From the NCBI GenBank assembly GCA_947382625.1, contig CANDAG010000018.1, forward strand, positions 4,881 to 68,880: a DNA stretch of 64,000 bases, written 5' to 3'. Shown here in pieces: positions 19,003 to 28,192 of this stretch. This stretch comes from an uncultured Lachnospiraceae bacterium. GTDB taxonomy: Bacteria; Bacillota; Clostridia; Lachnospirales; Lachnospiraceae. The translations under genes and the position numbers were made by a program. The notes beneath the pieces were generated by a model. It was not told the DNA's origin. It ran no database searches and saw only the letters and a list, made by a program, of their open reading frames with translations. The stretch's first letter is position 1. Each line of letters begins with the position of its first letter.

Positions 19003-20216
19003 GCGGACGAAAAAACCTTATGGTTGTATTTGGACTTGCAGCCGCCGTCAGCCTGATCTCGTCTGCTGTTACAGCAATGCTGGTTTCCCGGCATTACAGC
19101 AGGCTCTCATTTGATCTGGTAAATGTGATCTGCGGCGAAGTGCTGGAACGAAATCCGGAAATGGAGAATGTGGTTTTTGCTGTATTGAAAGAATATACAA
19201 GCGGGAATGTGGATGGCGGAGCGGCCAACGATGTTTTATCCGTTTTGGGCTATCGTATCTCTGATTTTTCTGATCCGGCTGTTACCTATAATGGTATATT
19301 CACAATAACAGGATTTCTGGCAGGGATCGTCCTTTTTGGCATTACTTTTGTATTTCGGAACAAAAGGGAAGCGGAACGGATAGAGGCACTGTCGGATTAT
19401 CTGGAGCAGGTGAATACCGGAAAAGCTGTTGTCCTCTCTGTTTCAGGAGAGGATATTTTTTCCGGGCTTGAGGATGAAATATATAAGACAGTCACATTTC
19501 TCTACCAGACCAGGGATGCGGCAATACAGGCCAAAAATGATTTTGCGGAGAATCTGTCAAATATAGCACATCAGATCAAAACTCCGATCACTGCAATCTC
19601 TTTATCCCTGCAAACATTATCTGAAACTACAATGCTAAAGGGATATGAAAAAGAGAAGCTGGATCAGATACAAAAACAGTTGGTCAGGCTTACCAATTTA
19701 GAAGAATCCTTACTTGTTTTATCCCGTCTTGATGCAGGGACACTTAAGCTTCAAAAAGAGGAGGTGGATGTTTTTACTGTGCTTGTCCTTGCTGCAGACA
19801 ATTTACAGGAATTATTTGAAGACTCCGGTACCTCCATTGATATCCCGGAATCCGGGGAGATGGAAATAACAGTGGATTTGGACTGGACCATGGAAGCGAT
19901 CATGAATGTAATGAAAAATTGTATGGAGCATAATGCCGGGGGAACCGTTCATTGCTCTTACGGTCAGAATCCGTTATATACAGAAATAGTGATCCGGGAT
20001 GAGGGGGATGGCTTTGCCAAAGAGGATATCCCCTATCTTTTTGAGCGGTTTTATCGGGGACAGAGCACTGTCGCAGACGGAAATGTCCGGGAGGGCGGCA
20101 TTGGAATAGGGCTTGCTTTGTCAAAAGAGATCATAGAACGTCAAAACGGGACGATAAGGGCCAAAAATCTGCCGGATGGCGGCGCATGTTTCGAGATCCG
20201 GTTCTATAAACGGTAA
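18999..20216 (+). CDS. Sensor histidine kinase
   Basis: AHQIKTP H-box, NVMKN, DEGDG and GIGL; two TM segments. Confidence 0.95.
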   Translation: MSGRKNLMVVFGLAAAVSLISSAVTAMLVSRHYSRLSFDLVNVICGEVLERNPEMENVVFAVLKEYTSGNVDGGAANDVLSVLGYRISDFSDPAVTYNGIFTITGFLAGIVLFGITFVFRNKREAERIEALSDYLEQVNTGKAVVLSVSGEDIFSGLEDEIYKTVTFLYQTRDAAIQAKNDFAENLSNIAHQIKTPITAISLSLQTLSETTMLKGYEKEKLDQIQKQLVRLTNLEESLLVLSRLDAGTLKLQKEEVDVFTVLVLAADNLQELFEDSGTSIDIPESGEMEITVDLDWTMEAIMNVMKNCMEHNAGGTVHCSYGQNPLYTEIVIRDEGDGFAKEDIPYLFERFYRGQSTVADGNVREGGIGIGLALSKEIIERQNGTIRAKNLPDGGACFEIRFYKR

Positions 20217-20237
20217 ATTCCTGTGGGGTCTGCCCCA

Positions 20238-20269
20238 GTCACTGAGCTGTAACTTTCATCTGGTATAGT
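20238..20269 (+). promoter_or_regulatory. Response-regulator box plus extended -10
   Basis: GTCACT-gag-CTGTAAC then TGgTATAGT. Confidence 0.75.
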
Positions 20270-20345
20270 AAAAGACAAAATAATTTGTTGTTCACTATAC
20301 AGTATAGCCTGTAAATAGAGGTAGAACATTCAGGAAAGGAAAAAA

Positions 20346-21026
20346 ATGAATATCTTAACATGTGAAGGAGTCCGAAAAATGTATGGTTCCGGCAATAATC
20401 AGGTGGTTGCATTGGACGGGATCGATCTGACAGTGGGCAAGGGGGAATTTGTGGCGGTGATGGGAGCGTCCGGTTCCGGCAAATCCACGCTGCTGCATAT
20501 TCTGGGGAGCGTGGATAAACCTACAAGCGGAAGGGTTATTATAGACGGAACAGATCTCTCTGAACTGAATCAGACCCAGGCCGCAATTTTTCGCAGAAGA
20601 AAGGTGGGTTTGGTGTATCAGTTCTATAACCTGATCCCGACGATTACCGTGCAAAAAAATATTCTTATGCCCCTTGTCCTTGATAAGAAGAAGCCAAACA
20701 AAGAGTATTTTGATAAGATAGTCGGTTCCCTTGGCCTTGCCGACCGGCTGGAGGCATTGCCAAATCAGTTATCGGGCGGGCAGCAGCAAAGGGTTGCCAT
20801 AGCCCGTTCCCTGATCTACCGTCCGGCTCTTCTTCTGGCGGATGAGCCCACCGGAAATCTGGATCAGAAGAATTCCGGAGAAATTATTGATATGCTGAAA
20901 TTATCCAATCGTAATCTGGAACAGACGATCGTGCTGATCACCCATGATGAAAAAGTGGCTTTAGAAGCAGACCGTATCATAACCATAGAAGACGGACATG
21001 TGATAAGTGACGAGAGGCGGAGGTGA
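20346..21026 (+). CDS. ABC transporter ATP-binding protein (LolD/MacB type)
   Basis: GASGSGKST, LSGGQQQRV, ADEPTGNLD. Confidence 0.95.
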   Translation: MNILTCEGVRKMYGSGNNQVVALDGIDLTVGKGEFVAVMGASGSGKSTLLHILGSVDKPTSGRVIIDGTDLSELNQTQAAIFRRRKVGLVYQFYNLIPTITVQKNILMPLVLDKKKPNKEYFDKIVGSLGLADRLEALPNQLSGGQQQRVAIARSLIYRPALLLADEPTGNLDQKNSGEIIDMLKLSNRNLEQTIVLITHDEKVALEADRIITIEDGHVISDERRR

Positions 21027-21032
21027 CGGGTT

Positions 21033-23225
21033 ATGTGGAAGGATGATTCATCAGCTATGTCTGTCAGGATAGCCGCATTGATATCAGCTCTGCTGTTATC
21101 GCTGCTCCTGGGGTTATTTTACAATGCATGGAAGTATGAAATTGAAAGGATTAAGGAGGAAGAAGGAGACTGGCAGAGCAGGATCGCCGGAGAATTTGGG
21201 CAGGAAGAGATTGAAGTCATAAAGAATTTTGCCAATGTAAAGGAAGCGCAGACCTTCGAAACCATGGTGGAGATTTATTTTGATGATATGAGGGCTGTTC
21301 TTGGCGATACGCCGCGGATCGCCGAAGCTTTGGGCGTTTCGTCCCAAAAGGTTTTTTATAACCATGAGCTGTTGGCAATGTATATGATACGCGATCCCGG
21401 GGATACCGCGCCAAGACTGCTTTTTCCGATGTTTCTGCTGATCGTTTCAATTGCATCGCTCTCACTTATTATCATAATCCATAATTCTTTTGCAGTGTCT
21501 ATGAACGCCAGGATCCATCAGCTTGGTATTCTATCCAGTGTGGGAGCCACGCCGAAGCAGATACGGTCATCTCTTTTGCAGGAAGCGGCCGTCTTATGTA
21601 TTCTGCCGGTTTTGACCGGAAATCTATTAGGGATTTTGATCAGCATGGGACTGATACGCATGTCGAATGATCTGTTGGGGAGCGGCGTGCCGGGAAGACA
21701 CGAAGCAATATTCGGTTATCACCCGTTGGTTTTGGCAGGGACACTTCTTTTGACAGCTGTAACTGTATGGATTTCCGCATGGATGCCGGCCAGAAAATTA
21801 AGCAGGCTCACGCCCCTTGAAGCGATCAGGGGTTGCCGCGCTCCGCGAGCCGGTTTATTTGCCCAAAATACAGGCGAATTACAGTTAAATCGTAAGAAAA
21901 AATCTCCCCTGCTGGCCTGCTTTTTTGGAATGGAAGGCGAATTGGCAGGTAATGCATTGAAGGCGCAGAAGAGAGCCTTAAGGACAGCATCTCTTAGCCT
22001 GATCCTTTCTTTTTTTGCTTTTAGTATAATGCAATCCTTTTTTGCCCTTTCACAGATCAGCACCAGGGAAACCTATTTTGAACGTTATCAGGGCGTCTGG
22101 GATCTTATGGTTACCCTAAAGGATACCGATGTGGATTCCTTTGGCGAAACCGAAAAGATCCGGGAGATTCCCGGAATAAGGAGCGCGATCGTATACCAGA
22201 GGGCAATGGCCAAAAGAATCCTTACAGAGGATGAACTGAGCAGGGAGATGAAGTCCTTTGGCGGTTTGGCCGCGGCCGGGGATCGGTATGTGACAAAGAC
22301 GGAGGAGGGATGGCTTGTAAATGCTCCCATTGTTATATTGGATGACGTGAGCTTTCTCGCGTATTGTGAACAGATTGGCATCACGCCGGCCCTTGACGGG
22401 GCAGTGATATGGAATCAGATCCGTGATGTGACGAATCCGGATTTCAGACATCCGCGCTATGTGCCCTATGTGAAAGAGGAAGAGGCCATAGGCATTCTGG
22501 GTGTATCGAATGGCTCTGTGGAGATTCCTGTTTTGTCCTATACGGAAAAGGTACCCGCTTTGCGGGAGGAATATGCAAAGCTTGACTATTATGAGCTGGT
22601 GCATTTCGTTCCTGTATCCTTATGGATGGAAATTAAGGGACAGGTTGGAGGCAGTGAGGAAGATACCTGCATCTGCATGCTTGGCAGGGAAAATGCAACA
22701 ATTGAGGATCTGTCTGCTTTACAGGAGCAGGTGGACAGCCTTATTGCCGGGAGCTATCAGACAGAAAGCGAGAACCGTATCCGGGAGCTGGAAGTAAACG
22801 ATAAACAGATACAGGGGATGATGACTATATTTGGCGGATTCTGTGTTTTGCTTGCAGTGATTGGGATAGGAAATGTGTTTTCCAATACGCTGGGCTTTGT
22901 CCATCAGCGAAAAAGGGAATTTGCACGGTATATGTCCGTGGGAATGACACCGGGAGAAATCAGAAAAATGTTCTGTGTTGAAGCGCTTGCCCTTGCAGGA
23001 CGTCCGATTTTGATCGCCCTTCCACCAGCAATTGTTTTGGTTGGATTTATGCTGAAGGCCAGCTATGTGGAGGCGGGAACCTTTCTTGCAGAAGTACCGG
23101 TTATTCCAATCCTGATCTTTTTGCTGGCTATTTGGGGAACTGTGGCGCTTGCCTATTATCTTGGCTGGCGCAATATACGCAGGATCGATCTGGCAGAGGT
23201 TTTACGGGACGACACAATGATGTGA
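21033..23225 (+). CDS. ABC transporter permease (FtsX-like)
   Basis: Two FtsX-type TM blocks (GILSSVGATPKQI; FARYMSVGMT). Confidence 0.9.
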   Translation: MWKDDSSAMSVRIAALISALLLSLLLGLFYNAWKYEIERIKEEEGDWQSRIAGEFGQEEIEVIKNFANVKEAQTFETMVEIYFDDMRAVLGDTPRIAEALGVSSQKVFYNHELLAMYMIRDPGDTAPRLLFPMFLLIVSIASLSLIIIIHNSFAVSMNARIHQLGILSSVGATPKQIRSSLLQEAAVLCILPVLTGNLLGILISMGLIRMSNDLLGSGVPGRHEAIFGYHPLVLAGTLLLTAVTVWISAWMPARKLSRLTPLEAIRGCRAPRAGLFAQNTGELQLNRKKKSPLLACFFGMEGELAGNALKAQKRALRTASLSLILSFFAFSIMQSFFALSQISTRETYFERYQGVWDLMVTLKDTDVDSFGETEKIREIPGIRSAIVYQRAMAKRILTEDELSREMKSFGGLAAAGDRYVTKTEEGWLVNAPIVILDDVSFLAYCEQIGITPALDGAVIWNQIRDVTNPDFRHPRYVPYVKEEEAIGILGVSNGSVEIPVLSYTEKVPALREEYAKLDYYELVHFVPVSLWMEIKGQVGGSEEDTCICMLGRENATIEDLSALQEQVDSLIAGSYQTESENRIRELEVNDKQIQGMMTIFGGFCVLLAVIGIGNVFSNTLGFVHQRKREFARYMSVGMTPGEIRKMFCVEALALAGRPILIALPPAIVLVGFMLKASYVEAGTFLAEVPVIPILIFLLAIWGTVALAYYLGWRNIRRIDLAEVLRDDTMM
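21829..21864 (-). repeat. Type B hairpin element inside the permease CDS, in frame
   Basis: Minus strand reads CAAA TAA ACCGGC T CGC GGA GCG C GGCAAC CC CTGAT. Confidence 0.75.
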
Positions 23226-23233
23226 AGTTTTCT

Positions 23234-23266
23234 GCAGGCATAAACGCGGAGAGTGTTTATGCCTGC
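23234..23266. terminator. Hairpin between convergent genes
   Basis: GCAGGCATAAACGC-GGAGA-GTGTTTATGCCTGC. Confidence 0.65.
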
Positions 23267-23325
23267 GTAAGGTCGGGACATCCTTTTTGCTGCTCGATAA
23301 ATCCCTGAAATATCTTATCCTCTTT

Positions 23326-23886
23326 TTATTCTCCGATTATTTCCATACCATCCGGAAAATCCTGTATTACAAGGGCACATGTATTTGTCAATTTTAGATT
23401 ATCTTTTAATGGATATGTCAATTTGCCTCTTTTTTCCCCTGTTATGCAATGGACGTCTAATTTCGTATCGATCAAACCTAAATTTTTATCCAGATTATTG
23501 CAAAAAATAATACTTCCGGCGCTTACCCCTATTACCAGGCCGTTATTATTGATGTATTCCATCAAAGACCTGTTAAACCCGGTAGCATTGATCCTCTCAA
23601 GCAAATAACGGGTATTTCCACCGCACAAATATACTACGTCATATTGCTGCAGCTTCCCGGACTCCATTCCGGTATGTAAATCATATACGTCAATATTTTC
23701 ATTTAAGATACCGCACTTTAACAGATCGTGCATGCATTTTGGCAAAACCTCTATAGCCTCTGCATCGATTGCCGCTGTAGGGATAAATAGTGCCTTTACA
23801 AAAGCCATACTTTTGCCTGCCATATCCATAAAGCACTCTTTGATTTCTTCAGTTTCCAAACCTGCTGATGTTAATAATACTCTCAT
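23326..23886 (-). CDS. Peptidase S51 (PepE-like) family protein
   Basis: FIPTA, YLCGGNT, GVSAGS. Confidence 0.85.
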   Translation of the reverse strand: MRVLLTSAGLETEEIKECFMDMAGKSMAFVKALFIPTAAIDAEAIEVLPKCMHDLLKCGILNENIDVYDLHTGMESGKLQQYDVVYLCGGNTRYLLERINATGFNRSLMEYINNNGLVIGVSAGSIIFCNNLDKNLGLIDTKLDVHCITGEKRGKLTYPLKDNLKLTNTCALVIQDFPDGMEIIGE

Positions 23887-23894
23887 GCTTCCTC

Positions 23895-24512
23895 CTATTC
23901 CGGCCAGTTCATTTGCTCATTGGCAATACCTGATTTCCGGCATTCATGGCATACATATTCCTTTTCGTCCTGATTTCCAATCCGATATTTTAAAATCTTA
24001 TCTTTAAACACAATGTATTTTTCATTATCCGCCTTAAAATCAACAAACCAATTCTCGCCCTGATCAGGCTCGGAGCGCATGACTTTTGAGATTTGTTCCG
24101 GAAAATCCTTTGTGTCGCTTGTAAAAAACAATGCTGTCCAGTATTTGGGTTTCCCGCCGGTATTCCATAATTCAATTTTATGGATATTAAGGCAGTCGAT
24201 GATACTATCATCCACCAGGCTTTCTTTGATCAATATCCCTTCATATAATTCCTGTTTCTTTTTGTGAAGCGCATTGCTGCCACAGCTGCGGACATCGCTT
24301 ATCTCATTTAATGTCAATTCATCTTTTAGCAGAATATCCATAGATACCCGAAAAGTATCTCCCAGTGTCAATAGCTTTTCCGTCTCCGGCAATGCAATGT
24401 TGGCTTCCCATTTAGATATGGATTGCCTGCTGACATTACATATTGCGGCAAGCTCTTCCTGGGTCATTCCGTTTGCTTTTCTCAGGGCTATGATTTTTTC
24501 TGATAATTTCAT
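23895..24512 (-). CDS. XRE-family HTH protein
   Basis: MTQEELAAICNVSRQSISKWE. Confidence 0.85.
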   Translation of the reverse strand: MKLSEKIIALRKANGMTQEELAAICNVSRQSISKWEANIALPETEKLLTLGDTFRVSMDILLKDELTLNEISDVRSCGSNALHKKKQELYEGILIKESLVDDSIIDCLNIHKIELWNTGGKPKYWTALFFTSDTKDFPEQISKVMRSEPDQGENWFVDFKADNEKYIVFKDKILKYRIGNQDEKEYVCHECRKSGIANEQMNWPE

Positions 24513-24587
24513 TGCTTCACCTCGCTTACTGATCTATATGATACAAAATAACAATGCTGTTTACCACCAACATGAAAGTTCTTTTTG

Positions 24588-24602
24588 GCAACCTGAAGTT
24601 GC
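24588..24602. promoter_or_regulatory. Putative XRE operator
   Basis: GCAAC-N5-GTTGC; the same palindrome precedes the XRE gene ending at 63809. Confidence 0.55.
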
Positions 24603-24733
24603 GGGTAAAGAGTATCATGTTTTCTGGTTTCAGTATATCCAATTTTAAATAATCTGAGATCTCTTTTCGGAATTGTGTATTCTTTAAAAGTAAATTATAA
24701 TGGTATTGAGAGATTGCAAAGGAGAATAAGTTG

Positions 24734-25240
24734 ATGGGTTCAGATATTCTTTTTAAGACAGAGGACTTTGTATTTTCATACAGAGTAGGCGGATTGCTTA
24801 TTAAAAACAATAAAATATTACTGCAAAAACCTAAGAATGATGATTTTTCCATTATTGGAGGTCATGTATCCTGCCTTGAAACAACCGCGGAGACTTTGAA
24901 AAGAGAATTTGAGGAAGAACTTCATGCAAAAATAGAGGTAGACAGTTTGTTTGCTGTTGGTGAAATCTTTTTCCCCTGGGGACAAAAACCATGTCATCAA
25001 ATTTGTCTGTATTATAAAGTTCATTTACTGAATGATCATGATATACCATTAGATGGTATTTTTCATGGATATGATGATCTGGATAATGAAAGAATTGATC
25101 TGGATTTCTGTTGGATTTCGTTAGAAAATTTGAAAAATGGATTAAAGGTATATCCGCTGGAACTGATACCATATATTTTGAACGATAATGATGGAATTGT
25201 ACATTTTGTTTCAAAGCAGGATGCACCGACTAAAGCATAA
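24734..25240 (+). CDS. NUDIX hydrolase
   Basis: GGHVSCLETTAETLKREFEEEL Nudix box. Confidence 0.85.
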   Translation: MGSDILFKTEDFVFSYRVGGLLIKNNKILLQKPKNDDFSIIGGHVSCLETTAETLKREFEEELHAKIEVDSLFAVGEIFFPWGQKPCHQICLYYKVHLLNDHDIPLDGIFHGYDDLDNERIDLDFCWISLENLKNGLKVYPLELIPYILNDNDGIVHFVSKQDAPTKA

Positions 25241-25412
25241 CAAAGATATAACGATAAAGACCAGACTTTATAAATCATTTTCTACAAAGATGACGTAAGA
25301 GTAGAGCATACGAAAACCAACCGTGGCTGCTTAATAGTTTATCAACCACATTGGGATATATCTACAATCCGCTTACAGAATCAGAGACATATGACGGCAT
25401 AAAAAAGAGCTT

Positions 25413-25685
25413 TTACTCGATACTATTGATTTTTACATCCTGTTTCTCTATTAATTTATCCAGACTTACACCCAAAGCAATAGAAATTTTATAAAAAGTT
25501 TCAACAGAAAAATTGTAGGCAACTTTCTCACTTTCTATCTGTCTGATGAAATCATGAGAAAGGTCGATCATTTCTGCAAGCTGAGCCGAAGTCAACCCTT
25601 TTTCCTTACGATATTTTTTAATATTCCGCCGTATTGTATTATAAATATTATCATCAAATTGTAACTGTTCTATTTCTGTGTTCAT
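25413..25685 (-). CDS. XRE-family HTH regulator
   Basis: IKKYRKEKGLTSAQLAEMIDLSHDFIRQIE. Confidence 0.85.
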   Translation of the reverse strand: MNTEIEQLQFDDNIYNTIRRNIKKYRKEKGLTSAQLAEMIDLSHDFIRQIESEKVAYNFSVETFYKISIALGVSLDKLIEKQDVKINSIE

Positions 25686-25962
25686 TCAAATTATCACCCA
25701 CTAAAATTTTAGCTTTTAATCATACAAAAGTATGTGAGGTGATAATTAACATTACCTGGTTTGATATAATTTATGCTACTTATCAATTAGCTTGTCCAAA
25801 CTAAAATCTAAAACAGGAGAGACTTTGTTGAAAACATGTGAGACATTAACTCACATATTTATTGTTTTACAAAGAATCGTGTGATAAAGTGTTTGTTAGA
25901 TAATAGCTAACACTTTAAAGGGGGAAGTAGCAGTGATTTCCTTTATCAGGAGATTATAAAAC

Positions 25963-26217
25963 ATGGACATAGAAAGATATATTGCATTTAGAAAAAAATT
26001 AAACTTTATCACTGTATATATTGTAGATAAAGAAAAAATTGAGATGCAAATTTCTAAAAATGTATTTTATCGACAGCCGTATTCAACGGAATGGCATGAC
26101 TATATAAAAAAAACTTGTCTGCAAATATTTCCAAAGATAGAAAATCCGTTACAAGTGTTTATCAAACTGTATAATTACATAAAACTTCAAAGCCCAACGG
26201 AAAAGACATTTCGGTAG
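25963..26217 (+). CDS. Hypothetical protein, possibly a fragment
   Basis: AGGAG RBS, very AT-rich 84 aa ORF. Confidence 0.4.
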   Translation: MDIERYIAFRKKLNFITVYIVDKEKIEMQISKNVFYRQPYSTEWHDYIKKTCLQIFPKIENPLQVFIKLYNYIKLQSPTEKTFR

Positions 26218-26584
26218 AACGAACAACCTCAAGCATTTTCAAGACAATACGTATCAGAAAACAAATGAAGATCGTTTGGTTGCTCCGGTTCCCAAATTTT
26301 TAATCGCCGCCTTTCTCCATGCATTTTTTTCCTGCTCGGTCAAGGACACATTTACATATATTTGAAGACCGCCAGTGGCCGATTCTTCAAAATCATTTTC
26401 ATTTTCTATTGGTACGATACTATCATAGCGGATTGCGCAAAAGATGTAAAGGAATCTGTTTCCTCTGACTGGGTTCTGATTGTGAAGGCAGCCTTTTTCT
26501 GGTATAATTTGAGGCGGAAAAGGGTGGCAACCGTCCGCTGTCGGAATGAAAATGTCATTTCCGATTTGTAGGGGTGATAGATTG

Positions 26585-27073
26585 ATGGATAAGCAACAAG
26601 TATATGATTATTTAAAACAAGAAAATATTTCGTATGAGATAACGGAACACAAAGCTGTTTATAACATGGCTGAAATTTCCGGTATTGAAATACCTTATCC
26701 CGAATATGGTGCTAAAAACCTCTTTGTTTGTGATGATAAAAAAAGAAATTATTATCTGATAACTGTCAAGGGAGATAAGCGGGTCGATCTGAAGGAGTTT
26801 CGTAAAAACAACAACACAAGGGCATTATCTTTTGCGTCTGCGGGCGATTTAATGGATATTATGGGATTGATACCCGGAGCCGTAACCCCTCTTGGGCTGT
26901 TGAATGACTCTGAATGTAAAGTGACTTTGTTTTTGGATAATGACTTTATGAATGATCTGGGGATGATAGGTGTTCACCCAAATGACAATACTGCAACAGT
27001 TTGGATGAAAGCAAAGGACCTAATGAAGCTCATCCGGCAACACGGAAATACAGTAAATATTGTTCAGATCTAG
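26585..27073 (+). CDS. YbaK/ProX-family prolyl-tRNA editing protein
   Basis: AKNLF, LSFAS, PGAVTPLGL, HPNDNTAT. Confidence 0.9.
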   Translation: MDKQQVYDYLKQENISYEITEHKAVYNMAEISGIEIPYPEYGAKNLFVCDDKKRNYYLITVKGDKRVDLKEFRKNNNTRALSFASAGDLMDIMGLIPGAVTPLGLLNDSECKVTLFLDNDFMNDLGMIGVHPNDNTATVWMKAKDLMKLIRQHGNTVNIVQI

Positions 27074-27145
27074 ATCCATCATTTATTAAGACACTATTGG
27101 ATCACGCTGTGAAAGGAAGCTTCCGGTTTATCTGATCCGTGGACA

Positions 27146-27373
27146 CTATGCCGCTTTGGAATAATCAATGACAGCGATTTCCTGCATAAGCTTTTTCGCC
27201 ATATTTACAAGGGATTCAATCTGCATTGCCACTTCATCTGAATAGTATTTCTCACCGCATTGCTCACATTCTTCACAGGGCACATTTTTGATGATGATAA
27301 TAGAATTTTTATAATTTACTACATGAGTTGTCAAAGCCGAAATTGTATCTTTACATTTACAATACATACACAT
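27146..27373 (-). CDS. YgiT-type zinc finger protein (MqsA-like antitoxin)
   Basis: CMYC...IIIKNVPCEECEQCGE. Confidence 0.85.
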   Translation of the reverse strand: MCMYCKCKDTISALTTHVVNYKNSIIIIKNVPCEECEQCGEKYYSDEVAMQIESLVNMAKKLMQEIAVIDYSKAA

Positions 27374-27375
27374 GA

Positions 27376-27690
27376 TTACTGCTCCTTTCTTGTCTTTAAA
27401 TCCTTTTCAAATTTATCAGTGTTCGGGAAATAAGCTGTTATAAAAAACAAATTACTGTTATCTGAACCTACCACAATATGCAATATTTTATTTTCTTTTG
27501 TGTAACCGAAAACGAGACAACTGGGGTGGGGAAAATCATCAGGATAGTCCTCTATGATTTCTCCCGTTTGCAGACAGGATTTCACGTCATCAATACTGAT
27601 ATCTCTTTCTTGCATACGCTCTAAACAGTGTTTTGACCATTTTATATTGGAAGAGGTATTTAATAGCTTTTGAAGCTCTATAATATTCAT
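27376..27690 (-). CDS. DUF4258 domain protein (putative toxin)
   Basis: WSKHCLERMQERDI..GEIIEDYPDD..LHIVV..ITAYFP. Confidence 0.85.
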   Translation of the reverse strand: MNIIELQKLLNTSSNIKWSKHCLERMQERDISIDDVKSCLQTGEIIEDYPDDFPHPSCLVFGYTKENKILHIVVGSDNSNLFFITAYFPNTDKFEKDLKTRKEQ

Positions 27691-27709
27691 AGGCGTATTT
27701 CCCTTTTGA

Positions 27710-27745
27710 TCAATAAGCCGGCTTACGAAGCATGACAATATTTGC
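27710..27745 (+). repeat. Type B hairpin element (diverged) in the toxin-antitoxin leader
   Basis: TCAA TAA GCCGGC T TAC GAA GCA T GACAAT AT TTGC. Confidence 0.75.
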
Positions 27746-27869
27746 TGTTTACAAATATGATATGCTATTTGAGTCTGGAATAAAACAGGATTCAAAGTGA
27801 TTCAAGAATCACACGAAATAAAAAGAACGAAAACGCTGTAGCTATCAACGTTTCCGTACCTTTTCAAAG

Positions 27870-27942
27870 AGCGCGAGACGGGACTCGAACCCGCGGCCTC
27901 GACCTTGGCAAGGTCGCGCTCCACCAACTGAGCCACTCGCGC
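27870..27942 (-). tRNA. tRNA-Gly (GCC)
   Basis: GCGCGAGTGGCTCAGTTGGTGGAGCGCGACCTTGCCAAGGTCG...GGTTCGAGTCC cloverleaf; CCA not encoded. Confidence 0.97.
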
Positions 27943-27973
27943 ATTTATTTGCCATGTCCAACGGACAAATAAT

Positions 27974-28002
27974 ACTATACATTATGTTTTTGGATTTGTC
28001 AA
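27974..28002 (-). promoter_or_regulatory. Sigma-A promoter of the tRNA
   Basis: TTGACA-N17-TATAGT on the minus strand. Confidence 0.8.
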
Positions 28003-28041
28003 CTTTATTTTTGAAAAAATTTGAAAAAATTGTAACAGCCC

Positions 28042-28104
28042 GATCAGAGAGGCTGGTATGGACGCAAAAAGAGGATAATTCGCAGAGCGTGCCAGCGGTT
28101 GATC
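28042..28104 (+). repeat. Type B element interrupted by about 22 extra bases
   Basis: GATCAG AGAG GCTGGT [ATGGACGCAAAAAGAGGATAAT] T CGC AGA GCG T GCCAGC GG TTGATC. Confidence 0.6.
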
Positions 28105-28192
28105 TGAAATAGGAATTGAAATATATGCATCAAACGGATATATTTGGAACAAGGATAAGAAGATGAATGAGGTATTCAAAAGGAAGCGGGCA

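Noticed and set aside
20225-20236. GGGGTCTGCCCC short palindrome as a REP
   Set aside because: Only one copy was noticed in the window.
27101-27137. Possible decayed B copy on the minus strand (TAAACCGG...ACAGCGT)
   Set aside because: Ends resemble the family but the GC-GNA-GC core is missing.
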